64,000 nt of DNA. Source: Eledone cirrhosa (lineage: Eukaryota). Every line of letters begins with the position of its first letter. Within the stretch, counting starts at the first letter, position 1. Below are positions 1 through 12,056 of the stretch, piece after piece. Location of the stretch: contig CAXHJY010001547.1 in the NCBI GenBank assembly GCA_964016885.1, positions 1 through 64,000 of the forward strand. Reading direction: 5' to 3'. The notes under the pieces are model-generated. The model saw only the letters and a list, made by a program, of their open reading frames with translations. It was not told the origin of the DNA and did not search any database. The position numbers and the translations under genes are program-made.

Positions 1-11
1 AGAGAGAGACA

Positions 12-43
<32 letters not shown>

Positions 44-281
44 AAGAGAAAGAGTCGGAAGGACAATGTGACACGGGAGGGTGTGTGGTATCTTTGCAGT
101 GGAGTGGTGGGGGCAGGTATACCTAGCCGGACGGCAGCCGGACGGGCCAGCTAGTTTTAAATACGTCTCGGAAATCTACCATGCGTCTCGGTGGCCGAAG
201 GTCGCATTTCTTATAGGCATATCCTAACCCCAGAGGGAATTTATCTCTGCTAGACAGTAATCTGAACTCCTGTATAATAAT

Positions 282-467
282 AATTGTTTCTACTTTTGGC
301 ACAAGGCCAGCAATTATCCCAGTGTATTACTGATACTTTATTTTATCGACCCCGTAAGGATGAAAGGCAAAGTTAACCTCAGCGGGATTTGAACTCAGAC
401 CATAAAGGGCCGTAACTCTTTGCTGCAAAGCATGGCGTCCGATCCTCTACCGATACTGCCAATCCAA
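282..467 (-). mobile_element. tRNA-derived SINE, family A (~185 bp)
   Basis: Minus strand has A-box-like TGGCAGTATCGG, B-box-like GTTCAAATCC, core GCCTTTCATCCTTACGGGGTCGATAAAATAAAGTA and tail GTAGAAACAATTATT. About 12 copies in the window. Confidence 0.85.
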
Positions 468-756
468 ATAATATAAATTAGTGTGTACAATTCTCAGGTG
501 CACTACAACTCATCAAAGGTACATAGAATAATATACAAATGTTATGAAAATGAACAGTGTATGAGTCATGAAATATACAGACACATACGTGTATGTATAT
601 GACCTCTCAATAAAGTGTATAAATTAAACTTAAAGTAACAAATAAACAAAATATACAAAATTAGGGAACAAGATCTGAAATGCCAGGACCTTATTTTTAT
701 GTTTAATATTGTTTTTCAAATTTTCGGTTGTCAAAGTTGGGTTGCGTCCCCTAAAA

Positions 757-1165
757 ATTACTCTAGATACAGTTTACAGTCTACAATGACGTCACTGACC
801 AGCTTCGGTTGGAAAGAAAACATGGAAGGAATTCCGAAATAGTTGACAGACTTGTGTTGTAAACAAAAATGAGATATAAATCATTCTAGATGTAAGATGG
901 TGGTACTCTGCATGATCATAGCGGGGTTATTGGACTGGAACTAGCAAACGACACACACACATATGTACACACACACACATGAACACATGTACACATGCGC
1001 ACACATATATACACACACACACGCCACATGTATTGATGATAATATCTGCTAGAGCATATAAAGTTAATATTTGCACGTGTGCTGAAATATATAAAAGTAT
1101 AGATACACAGGGGAATAAATTTTAAATCAACATTTATTTATATATTATCATGCTCACATCCGCAT
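757..1165. repeat. Dispersed ~400-bp duplication (second copy ~8337-8782)
   Basis: ATTACTCTAGAT...GGACTGGAACTAGCAAACGAC...TTATCATGCTCACAT is present at both positions with high similarity. Confidence 0.85.
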
Positions 1166-1259
1166 ATATGTATGTATGTTTTGTCTTTCTCTTAATTTCG
1201 AGTATATTTTTTTGACCGGCCACCTTCCTGGTGGCAAGGTTGTAAAAGAAAAGAAATTG

Positions 1260-2018
1260 TCATCCCTTGAATCGCAAGAATGTTTTGCAAATTTTGAAGG
1301 TGCCCGCTATCGCAGCCATTTGTAGACTTTGAATTAGGGAGCTGCGCTTTTTGTCCGCAAATCCAAGTTCAGTCATACTTTGGTCCAAGCGGGTTGGTAT
1401 ATAACCCGTAGCACCAATAATGATGGGTATGAAGCTAAAGGTGTATCTTGGATTCTGGATTTGTAAACTCCTCATCAATGGTCCGTAGATGTCCTCCTTC
1501 TCCTGTATTTTTCTGACAACGTTTACATCAAGTAGGCAGCTGATCTCCACAACAGAACACGTTTTCAATGTGTGGTCCCAAACTACAATATCAGGCCGGT
1601 TGTGCTTTAATTTGGTGGCAGTTTTTATTTTCAGGTTCCACCAGTATTCCTTAGTGCCATCTGTCTCAATATATTCTTCCTCGTTTGTTGTTAATTTTGT
1701 TTTCCGAAGTGCGTTCCAGATGGTTCTAGCTATCCCATCGTGTCTCATGGGGAGGTAGTAGCGAGATGACATTCTTTCGCAGCTGGCAACAATGTGGCTT
1801 ACATCCTCGATCTTTGTTTTACATAGCCTACATTTATTGTCAGCTGCTGGCCCTCCTCTTTTGTGCAGCAGATATTTGGTAGGGAGTTCTTGTTCCTGTA
1901 TTGCATAGAGATATCCCTCAAGGTGTGATGTCATAAACTTGTCGGAACTCCATGCCAGGCTTTTTGAGTGGTTTATCCCCTCTATGGTCTGTGTTTTACG
2001 CCTCAAGTATCCATGCAC
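1260..2018 (-). pseudogene. Zinc knuckle plus restriction-like endonuclease part of the R4/Dong ORF
   Basis: CRLCKTKIEDVSHIVASC, RHD, NRPDIVVWD...VVEIS, KEDIY, IPIIIGATG. Continues the RT ORF after the frameshift. Confidence 0.9.
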
Positions 2019-2037
2019 AACTTTTTCTGTAAATTGG

Positions 2038-4290
2038 TCAATTTTTTTTATCTTGTTTGAACATTGAATAGGATCTTCCGATTTCTCTGGGTGAGAGATT
2101 TATATCAGGCTTTATTCCATATCTCTCCTCCAGATCAGTCGCTATTCTAATGATATTACTTTTTTCATGCTCATAAACCTGGGCAAGATGGTTGCCAACC
2201 TTTTTCCTCTGTTGACGGTGTTGCTTCAGTGTTACTATCCGGGTCTCATATGTTGTTAATATTGATTTTAGACCCCGGCCACCTTCCTTGCGTGAGAAGT
2301 ATAGCCTATCCACATCACCATTGATGTTAAAGTTCCCAGTAACACTGAGAAGTTTTCGAGTTCTAACATCCATCTCACTTAGTTCTTGCAATGACCAGTT
2401 CAGTAGGCCAAATGTTGGCGTTAGAATTGGCACAGCATAAGTATTGTGGGCAATGTATTTGTTGTATGCTGACAGTTCTGATGACCATATTTTCTTTACT
2501 CTTCTGAGGTATTCAGTTCTGGTTCTCTCCTTATTTATGGGTCCATCATATCTGACATTCTCATCCTGTCCAAGATATCTGTAGTTGTCACCTGACTGCA
2601 GAGGTTGTATTGTCAGGCCGTTCATCTCTAGATTTCTAGAGGAGGGCACAGCTCTTCCACGTTTTACTGCCAAATATGCACACTTGGACTCACCAAATTT
2701 CATTTTGATGTCGGTTGAAAATTGTGTAATGAGGTCCAATTGTTTCTTGATGTCATTGATATTTGGCCCATACAACTTCAGGACATCAACAAAGAAAAGA
2801 TGGGAGATACTTCTGGGCCCACTTCTTTGTCCACCTTGTTTCCTGAGTAGGTAAGATAGTGGATTCAGTGAGAGAACGAAGAGTAGCACTGACAAGCTAT
2901 CACCCTGAAAGATGCCCTTCTGGTAATGTATCTTATCAGTCTTAACCTGCTCCTTCTCACCTCTAAGGATCAAATTGGTGTACCAGTTCTTGGTCAGGCG
3001 TTCAACAGCAGCTACCAATGGTTGTGGGACTTTAGCTAACTGTAAAGCCTTAATAATCCACCCATGAGGTACACTATCGAATGCTTTTTGATAGTCCAGC
3101 CACACGACAGTCATGATTCTGCGATTCTTTGTTGTTTTTTCCTGAATCATTTTGTTAGTTAGTAGGTGATCTATGCAACCCCACACCTCCCTCTTTCCAC
3201 CAGCTTGCTCAGGTGTTATGATGTTGTTGGTAGCACAGTGATCCTGTAAGAACAGGTTAAGGCACCCAGTATATAATTTATACATGATGTTTTGGCAGGC
3301 AATTGGGCGGTAATTTTTAGCAAGGGTGGTTTGGCTATTTTTGGGAATGAGGAGAGTAGTGGCAGTTGATAACCATCTGGGCAGTTCTTGTGTGCCCCTA
3401 ATGGTTTCTGTAAACAGCCGTATGAGATCTTGCCGATAGAAAGTGAAATTCTTCAACCAGTATCCTGTAATGAGGTCTGGGCCTGGCGATTTCCTATTCG
3501 ACATTTTCTGTAGAGCTGTTTCCAGTATTGATCCATCTATGTCATATTGTTTTGTCTGGACATGTTGGCAGTAGTCCTGTTCCAGTTCTTTTAGCCAATT
3601 AGCTTGTCTGTTGAATCCGTCATCCGTTTCCCATACAGATCTCCAGTAGCTCTCAACCTGTTCTTTTGAAGGGGTGTCGTTTACAGGGATTGAGCTTTCG
3701 CCACCTAAGCTGCGATAAACTGATTTAGGATCTCTGGCAAACAATCTATTTAGCACTTGTCGTTTATGTGCTGTTGACTTATATTTTAGTCTTTCTGTTG
3801 TAGCTGTGAGTTGTTGTTTCAACTGGTGTAATTTGGAGTTCAAAGTTTTAAATTTTGTATCTCCAAATCGTCTCTCTAACTTTTTCTTTAGGTCTTCCTG
3901 GTGTCGTGTGAAGTTGCTCTCTATGTTGCATTTCATAACGACTGCGATGTGTGAGATACTTCGTCTCAGGGACAACATTTTGGTTTTTAAATTTCGCATC
4001 CACGCTGGTTCAGGCTTTCTGTTTGTATCTTGATTGCGTGGTTTTAGATGTGTGTTATATGATAGCAATGTGACAGCTGAAACATATAACAAAACATTAA
4101 GCGTTTCAAATGTCGTTTCTACACCTTTAGATCGTATAGCCTTCAGATAATTGCCAGCTATTTCGTTCACCGCTTCCAATTCCAATTTAGTGGGTTCTTT
4201 ACTGACTCTAGTGTTGTATGGTCTGTCACTCACATTAAGGCTGTGTATCTCTTGAAACATATCGTTCCATATCACTTGTAGGGTGCCCAC
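2038..4290 (-). pseudogene. Reverse transcriptase part of the R4/Dong ORF
   Basis: Motifs KSPGPD, NYRPIAC, WLDYQKAFDSVPH, GIFQGDSLS, YRYLG, GGRGL. The catalytic motif reads FVDV instead of FVDD. Frameshift at the poly-A run near 2042-2050. Confidence 0.9.
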
Positions 4291-4640
4291 AAGTTTTTGG
4301 TGCTCTGTTTGTTCAGTAGAGTCATGAATTTCAGCCTCGTTGTTGATGTGGTGACAATTACTACTAGAGTTAGCTGACCATTCTCGCTGTTCTTCAGTGA
4401 AAGTGGGATGGATTTCAGCAAAATTGTTGGTGAGCTGTTCACTGTTAGATTTAGCTGGTCATTCTCTTTGTCTGTCAGTGGAGGTGGGGTGGTTGTCTAC
4501 AAGGGCTGTATTTGTAGTATCACTCAATTCCGTTAGATGTATCAATTTATATCTAATGATACGTTTTGCCTGTACATTTAGATGCTTTGGAGAAAAGTCT
4601 AATTCTGGGTGTTTGGAGTTCCATAAAGTTTTTAGCCTTT

Positions 4641-4827
4641 GCATATGTATGTATGTATGTATGTTTTCTCTTTCTCTTAATTTCGAGTATATTTTTTTGA
4701 CCGGCCACCTTCCTGGTGGCAAGGTTGTAAAAGAAAAGAAATTGTCATCCCTTGAATCGCAAGAATGTTTTGCAAATTTTGAAGGTGCCAGCTATCGCAG
4801 CCATTTGTAGGGAGCTGCGCTTTTTGT
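4641..4827 (-). mobile_element. Short 3'-end copy of the same R4/Dong element
   Basis: Near-identical to 1162-1354, including the (CATA)n tail, with a 12-bp deletion between TAG microhomologies. Confidence 0.9.
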
Positions 4828-5675
4828 AATTGCGATTTGGTTGAAGGAGACTTGTACTTTTTGCCATGATGAGTTCGTCTATTCACTAATATTTCGTATT
4901 TATTTTTCAAAATAGTCGATGATCTTCTTTAAAAGTTACGACAAAGTTCTGTCAGAATCAAATTTAAAGTTATTCACAGCTTGAGTAATATTTCTTTTCA
5001 GTTAGTTTTTAATTCTACAACTGTGTTTTAAACGTTGCTCTTGAATCGTTTGAATCGAGAACAAAAAGAACCGTTACTTAGTATATTCCTTTATGAATGT
5101 AATATAATATAACAACGCTGTATTTATATGTTCACATTCATATAAATAGGTGTTCTACAACCTATTCACAACATCACAGTTCAAACACTTATATTTTATC
5201 ATAAGTGTATGTATCGTTCATATAAATAGGTGTTTTACAACACACTTACAGTTCAAACACTTATGTAGAATTATTGTATGTAATCTTACCGCGTAATGTA
5301 GCTCAACTTTTTCCAATATATGGTATGTTGCCTTCATGTAAGCCGTAATTACACACGTCCGATTATCGGACACTGACCACAACGGTCGCCATTTTATGTA
5401 TGTATGTATGTATGTATGTATGTATGTATGTATGTATGTATGTATGTATGTATGTATGTATGTATGTATGTATGTATGTACACGTACATACATATATGTA
5501 TACAGACGTACAGTAGTATGTATATATATATACATACATGCACACATATATATATGTACGAATGGATTCACCGAACATTTATTATAATGCTCGGTGTGTT
5601 TGTAAACAAACATCCCGTATTAAGTCGTAGTGTCCAGCAACCATCGTTGCTCGTTTGTTCAACACTAACAAAGGA

Positions 5676-5718
5676 ACGCTGTACTAGTTTCAAGCTTATT
5701 AGCTATCGTCAGCAACGT
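5676..5718 (-). ncRNA. Type I hammerhead ribozyme
   Basis: ACGTTG CTGACGA T AGCT AATA AGCT T GAAAC TA GTA CAGCGT on the minus strand. Confidence 0.88.
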
Positions 5719-6052
5719 ATACCTTCCTGCCAGATTGTTGAACGTATATACTTACCTAATGCATATTAACGGCTGAGTAACCCAATTTGCATATCGAGTG
5801 GGTTAATCGGCCGGGTGCACCGAAAACGATAAACGGAAAAAAATGAAACGAAATTTCATTTCCCACTCTTAGTACGGCTGTTACTTAAATATAAGTATGT
5901 ACACGTACATACATATATATATATACAGACGTACAGTAGTATGTATATATATATACATACATGCACACATATATATATGTACGTATGGATTCACCGAACA
6001 TTTATTATAATGCTCGGTGTGTTTGTAAACAAACATCCTGGCAGGAAGGTAT

Positions 6053-6095
6053 ACGTTGCTGACGATAGCTAATGAGCTTGAAACTAGTACAGCGT
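6053..6095 (+). ncRNA. Type I hammerhead ribozyme
   Basis: ACGTTG CTGACGA T AGCT AATG AGCT T GAAAC TA GTA CAGCGT: stems I and II, palindromic ACTAGT stem III, GUA cleavage triplet. Confidence 0.88.
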
Positions 6096-6475
6096 TCCTT
6101 TGTCAGTGTTGAACAAACGAGCAACGATGGTTGCTGGACACTACAGCTTAATACGGGATGCTTGTTTACAAACACACCGAGCATTATAATAAATCTTTGG
6201 TGAATCCATACGTACATATATATATGTGTGCATGTATGTATATATATATATACATACTACTGTACGTCTGTATACATATATGTATGTACATGTACATACT
6301 TATATTTAAGTAACAGCCGTACTAAGAGTGGGAAATGAAATTTCGTTTCATTTTTTTCCGTTTATCGTTTTTGGTGCACCCGGCCGATTAACCCACTCGA
6401 TATGCAAATTGGGCTACTCAGCCGTTAATATGCATTAGGTAAGTATATACGTTCAACAATCTGGCAGGAAGGTAT

Positions 6476-6518
6476 ATGTTGCTGACGATAGCTAATAAGC
6501 TTGAAACTAGTACAGCGT
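6476..6518 (+). ncRNA. Type I hammerhead ribozyme
   Basis: ATGTTG CTGACGA T AGCT AATA AGCT T GAAAC TA GTA CAGCGT. Confidence 0.85.
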
Positions 6519-6781
6519 TCCTTTGTCAGTGTTGAACAAACGAGCAACGATGGTTGCTGGACACTACGGCTTAATACGGGATGTTTGTTTACAAACACAC
6601 CGAGCATTATAATAAATGTTCGGTGAATCCATACGTACATATATATATATGTGTGCATGTATGTATATATATATACATACTACTGTACGTCTGTATACAT
6701 ATATGTATGTACGTGTACATACTTATATTTAAGTAACAGCCGTACTAAGAGTGGGAAATGAAATTTCGTTTCATTTTTTCC

Positions 6782-6840
<59 letters not shown>

Positions 6841-6876
6841 ACACACAACATAAATAACAGTCAAATTGTGTTTAAG

Positions 6877-7095
6877 GCATTTAATTACTTACGATCGTTT
6901 CATCCAGATATAGGTCTGTAATCATCGGAGCATATAAAAGGTTAACACAAATATATTCCTAATCATTACAACATTTAACAGGATACATTATATGTGAGAA
7001 GACTAATTATAAGGAATATATTTATGTTAACCTTTTATAAGCTCCGATGATTCCAGACCTATATCTGGCTGAAACGATCGTAAGCAATTAAATGC
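6877..7095. mobile_element. Fold-back pseudo-LTR fragment with paired hammerheads (6887-6931 minus; 7041-7085 plus)
   Basis: ~84-bp inverted arms 6877-6960 and 7012-7095. GCT CCGATGA TT CCAGA CCTATA TCTGG CT GAAAC GATC GTA AGC. Confidence 0.75.
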
Positions 7096-7561
7096 AAGTT
7101 GATTGTTATTTGATGTTGTATGTCTGCCCTGTATTATATCTGATATTTAACACTGAGCTACTCATCTTACTAGTAATCGGGTAATATACAACATTACCCT
7201 TATCTTATTTATATTTTTATATATAAGTATAACTATTACTATATATATATATATTTTTTTTTTTGAAAAGCTCAGATACACAGAGGTATATATCGTTAAA
7301 TCAACGGTAGTTATATAATTTATGATTTTATATATAAATACTTTATATATAATTGTTACAATGAGTTGCAAAGTGTCTTTACTTGTTCTAGAGTGTATTG
7401 TCAGGGAAAATGTTTTGGATACACTAGTGTCGTTATTGAATGTATACAATATGTAGAAGAATATATATATGTAAGTAATAGGTAAACAGAAATAACAACA
7501 CAATCGGTACTGTATATGGAAGGGATATGTTAGGTTAACGCTTGATATAGCAGGAAGAGGG

Positions 7562-7597
7562 TCTGAACGTTTCGGACGCTATTCCTTCATCAGAAGA
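7562..7597 (-). ncRNA. Minimal hammerhead in a pLTR-like repeat (family also at ~17900-18270, 26680-26775, 57363-57630)
   Basis: CTGATGA A GGA ATAGCG TCC GAAACGTT on the minus strand. Flanks (CTATATCAAGCGTTAACCTAA, TGTTATTTCTGTTT) are shared with the other copies. Confidence 0.7.
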
Positions 7598-8781
7598 AAG
7601 AATGAGAAATAAGATAGAACGGGTTGGGCGGAATTGGCAAAAATATCTTTAGATTAAAATAACAGGTCCATTCATGTTGACAACTGTTGGTGCTGGCGTT
7701 TTGTGTATGATTTATTTTTTAAGAAAAGTGGATGATGGAGCGCGTCTACCTGAAATGAAAAAAAAAGCGTTTTGTATAAAAGCTATTCTTGTGTCTTGTG
7801 CACGTGCGTAAGCATGTCTGTGTCTCTGTGTGTGTGTTATTATTACGTCCGTACGATATATATATATATAATAATAATAATAAATTTGAAGACTAAAATT
7901 CAAAAAGGGCTCGATAAGGATAAATATATATCAAATATATAAGAACCCTAGAGAACATATATAGTCGTAGACTAAAATTCTATTTAGGAAACCGAATGAT
8001 TCTCGGCTTCATATATATATATTCATATTCTGTATATATATATAAAGTATATAAACACATACATATATATGCACGTGTATATATATTCATTTATATATTT
8101 TACGCATAAAACTGGTTGCATTTTTGTCTGTTGTTTTTGTGAGCATGTGTGGAGGCCAACTTGATCATACTCCATCCTTATATAACGTAGACACACAAAC
8201 AGGGTAGCATGTGGTGATACCTCCTCTCCCTTACACCCCGGATGTCTACTTAGATGCTGGCTTAGTAATAGTGGAAGGGACCATATGGAGTCAATTAGAC
8301 GAAGCTCTCCAAGTACAAGCAGTCAAATACGAAGAATTACTCTAGATGCAGTTTAAAGTCTACGATGACGTCACTGACCAGCTTCGGTTGGAAAGAAAAC
8401 ATGGAAGGAATTCCGAAATAGTTGACAGACTTGTGTTGTAAACAAAGATGAGATATAAGTCATTCTAGATGTAAGATGGTGGTACTCTGCATGATCACAG
8501 CATGGTTATTGGACTGGAACTAGCAAACGACGCACACACATATGTACACACACACACACACACATGAACACATGTACACACACACACGCCACATGTATTG
8601 ATGATAATATCTGCTAGAGAATATAAAGTTAATATTTGCACGTGTGCCTATACATGCACACAAACACACACACACACCCATACTCACACACACACATATA
8701 TATATTGAAAAGTACAAATACACCGAGGCATATATCTTTAAATCAACATATATTTGTATATTATCATGCTCACATGCGCAT

Positions 8782-8857
<76 letters not shown>

Positions 8858-8859
<2 letters not shown>

Positions 8860-9039
8860 TGTTTCTACATTTGGCACAAGGCCACCAATTACCTAGTACA
8901 TTACTGGTACTTTATTTTATTGACCCCCGTAAGGATGAAAGGCAAAGTTAACCTCGACGGGATTTGAAGTCAGGCTGTTAAGGGCCGTAACTATGCTAGA
9001 AAGCATGGCGGCTAACCCTCTACCGATACTGCCAATTCA

Positions 9040-9041
<2 letters not shown>
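8858..9041 (-). mobile_element. tRNA-derived SINE, family A
   Basis: Matches 282-467. Confidence 0.85.
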
Positions 9042-9096
<55 letters not shown>

Positions 9097-9210
9097 TTAG
9101 TTAAGCAAAACAAGACCACAAATTTCACAAGGAAGACGTTATTTAAAGAGTGTCAACATAGTTGCAGTTTAATGTAAGGAATAAGGAGTGTAATTATAGT
9201 TTAATGTAAG

Positions 9211-9257
<47 letters not shown>

Positions 9258-9259
<2 letters not shown>

Positions 9260-9742
9260 GCCAGAGGCGGTGATAGAGAACGATCAGGTGAAGGTGCTGT
9301 GGGATTTTAGGATACAGACGGACAAGAAACTGGAACACAATAGACCTGACCTGGTGGTTGTGGACAAAGAAAAAAGATCGTGCCTGATTGTGGATGTGGC
9401 CTGCCCATTCGACACGAGAGTGCAAGAGAAGGAGAGGGAGAAAATTAACCGATACCAGGACTTAAAGTGGGAGGTAAAAATGATTTGGAACTGCCATGAA
9501 GTCAAAGTGATCCCTATTGTCATAAGCGCACTGGGGACTATCTCCAAAAGTTTCCAGGGATGGTTAAAGAAAATCGGCCCCTTCACGCTTTTTGGAACGC
9601 TTCAAAAGGCATGCTTGCTGGGAACAGCAAGAACCCTCTGATACGTCCTGAATATCTGAGGCTGCAGGTAGTGGCTTGATATTCATTCCAACAAACTTTC
9701 CAGTTAACTAACATCAATGACTGAGACTCAAAGAGTAATAAC

Positions 9743-9745
<3 letters not shown>
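9258..9745 (+). mobile_element. Dong/R4 LINE 3' fragment (RLE endonuclease) in (TAA)n
   Basis: KVLWDFRIQTDKKLEHNRPDLVVVDK...VDVACP...EKINRY...VIPIVISALG. (TAA)n arrays on both sides. Confidence 0.88.
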
Positions 9746-9807
<62 letters not shown>

Positions 9808-9810
<3 letters not shown>

Positions 9811-10100
9811 CAGTGGTTGTGGGCGCTCTGGGAATGATACCTAAGGGTTCTAATGATTACTTATCGCAAATCCCAGGAAACCCGCGTATAGGAGAAATAC
9901 AAAAGATAGTACTAATGGGAACTGCCCATATACTAAGGAAGATTCTGTCAATATAAGTACATCACAAGCCTAAACACCTAAAGATGCATGTGTGTGTATG
10001 TATGTTCTTTCTTGAACATGGCGGACCTTGTTGTCTCTTGAGGTCACTGGTTGTGACTTGGTGATAACTCGTATGAACATAAAGCAAGATAAATGCAACT

Positions 10101-10142
<42 letters not shown>
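9808..10142 (+). mobile_element. Second, different Dong/R4 3' fragment in (TAA)n
   Basis: IPVVVGALGMIPK...IQKIVLMGTAHILRKILSI*, then a 3' UTR and (TAA)n. Confidence 0.8.
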
Positions 10143-10144
<2 letters not shown>

Positions 10145-10331
10145 TGTTTCTACTTTAGGCACAAGGCCAGCAATAACCCAGTGCATTACTGGTACTTTAT
10201 TTTATCGACCCCGTAAGGATGAAAGGCAAAGTCAACCTCGGCGGGATTTGAACTCAGATCGTAAAGGGACGTAACTATGCTGGAAAGCATGGCGTCCGAC
10301 CCTCTACCGATACTGCCAATCCACCGCCCTT
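10143..10331 (-). mobile_element. tRNA-derived SINE, family A (full length)
   Basis: Head GGGCGGTGGATTGGCAGTATCGG through tail GTAGAAACAATT; inserted in (TAA)n. Confidence 0.88.
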
Positions 10332-10537
10332 AATTAATAATAATAATAATAATGTCCGTTTACAATTGTTTCGCTACTCCATATAATGTTTCTGGATCAA
10401 ATGATTATAGATAATTATTGATCTGGTTCAGATGAAGATAAGTAACTTAGGTAAAATATTATGGAGCGGCTCTTCAGAACTTCAAAAGAGATAATGAAAA
10501 TATTGATAAAGATACGATGGAATAAGGAATATAAAGT

Positions 10538-10576
<39 letters not shown>

Positions 10577-10586
10577 TGTATATATA

Positions 10587-11419
10587 TGTAGCGATATCTG
10601 TCTACTCCTTGAACCCTGGGTGACACCTAAAAGTCAAATTCTACATCGACATACATAATCCTCTGTATTATCGTATCATAATCCGATACCGCAACCCCGA
10701 ACGTTCACCCATCCATACACAACAGTTCGAAATACATGATCACAACTCTGTATATTTACAGTTTCTTCTAAATGTTACACACACACATGCATACACAGAT
10801 ATACGATTATTATTTTTTTTTCTCTCTCCAAATTTCTCTGCACTCGAAATACGGGCGCAGTGCCCACATTTTGTGTGTTTTGGGACACGCTTCTCGAATC
10901 AGATTTCGCTACCCCTTTTGTAGTCGATCACTGCTCCTGCATCGATCTGGGTAGGGAACTAATGTAGCGAGATCTGCCCACGCCTTGAACCCTGGGTGAC
11001 ACCTAAAAGTCAAATTCTAGGTCACCATCCTTTTCGGCGTGGACAGATTCATGCGTAGGCGATCCCTCGAGGCGGGAGACAGAAAGCGACCGGTATAAAA
11101 AGCTTGTATCATCCCACGTCTGACACAGAGAGAGAGCGGAGCATTACGATATAGAATAGCTATGTGAAAGATTCACCGCTATCTACAGGCCGCTTAGGTC
11201 TACAGACAACCACAGACCATTACTCTATTTCACTCTCCCTGTCTCAGACTACAGCAGCCTCATGAAGCCACAACAAAATAACATCGTCAACCTTCGCGAC
11301 TCGTGGTAACTTGTTTGTTGTTATTTTTGACTGAAGTGAAGTAAACCTTTTTATATCTAAAGTAAATCAGCTATTCTTGTTATTTCATCTAACAACCACT
11401 ACTAACACCCTTCATTACA
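10587..11419 (+). mobile_element. Internally deleted LTR retrotransposon (5' LTR stub, internal remnant, 457-bp 3' LTR at 10963-11419)
   Basis: TGTAGCGA...AAAAGTCAAATTCTA repeated at 10587 and 10963. The LTR ends TGTA...TACA, has TATAAAA at ~11094, and is preceded by purine-rich GGGTAGGGAA. TATA on both flanks. Confidence 0.65.
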
Positions 11420-11445
11420 TATATACATACATATATGTATATATA

Positions 11446-11520
<75 letters not shown>

Positions 11521-11635
11521 AATAGGCTTCATAGCCGGTCCCGGTAAAATAGACAAAATGCTTTTAAAGCTTATTTTACCCGTAAACCTTGAAGGGACAC
11601 AACTCTAGCCTGGGTAACCTATTTTACCACTAAAT

Positions 11636-11762
11636 AATTGTTTCTACTTTTGGCACAAGGCCAGCAAATACCCAGTGCATTACTGGTACTTTATTTTATT
11701 GACCACGTAATGATGAAAGGTAAAGTTAACCTCGACGGGATTTGAACTCAGACCGTAAAGGG
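11636..11762 (-). mobile_element. SINE family A, 5'-truncated
   Basis: Tail and core match the family. Confidence 0.8.
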
Positions 11763-12056
11763 GTGTTTTAGAACCCAGGTCGTGACTTTCTGCTAGAACT
11801 CTTAATTTTGAAAATATTTGACTCTGCTAAAATTCTTATATAAACCTTTAAACATTAATTTATTTATTACTGTGCGAAATACCCACCATTGCCCAGACTA
11901 TAAAGTAGCTATAAAGAAATTGATGAAATGTGATTTCAAATAGAAATGTCATTAAAGGGTAAAAGATGCAAATGATTTAGAAATGGGAGCATTGATGTTA
12001 AAATTGAGATTAACGCTTAAGGAGAATTATTTATTTAAAGTAGTCTGCTTGTGTGA

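Larger units (their letters stand above)
1162..4642 (-). mobile_element. R4/Dong-clade non-LTR retrotransposon with restriction-like endonuclease; 5'-truncated and disabled
   Basis: N-terminal MQRLKTLWNSKHPEL...NVQAKRI segment, RT domain, CCHC knuckle, PD-(D/E)xK endonuclease, short 3' UTR and (CATA)n tail. Confidence 0.9.
5476..6785. mobile_element. 421-bp hammerhead-containing unit in tandem plus inverted array (retrozyme or PLE pseudo-LTR)
   Basis: Unit 5476-5896 is repeated to 6038, then ~1.8 inverted copies run 6039-6785. Three HHR motifs. Confidence 0.85.

Noticed and set aside
121-155. GC-rich segment plus CTAG-T as a Helitron 3' end
   Set aside because: The hairpin is weak and no 5' end is visible in the window.
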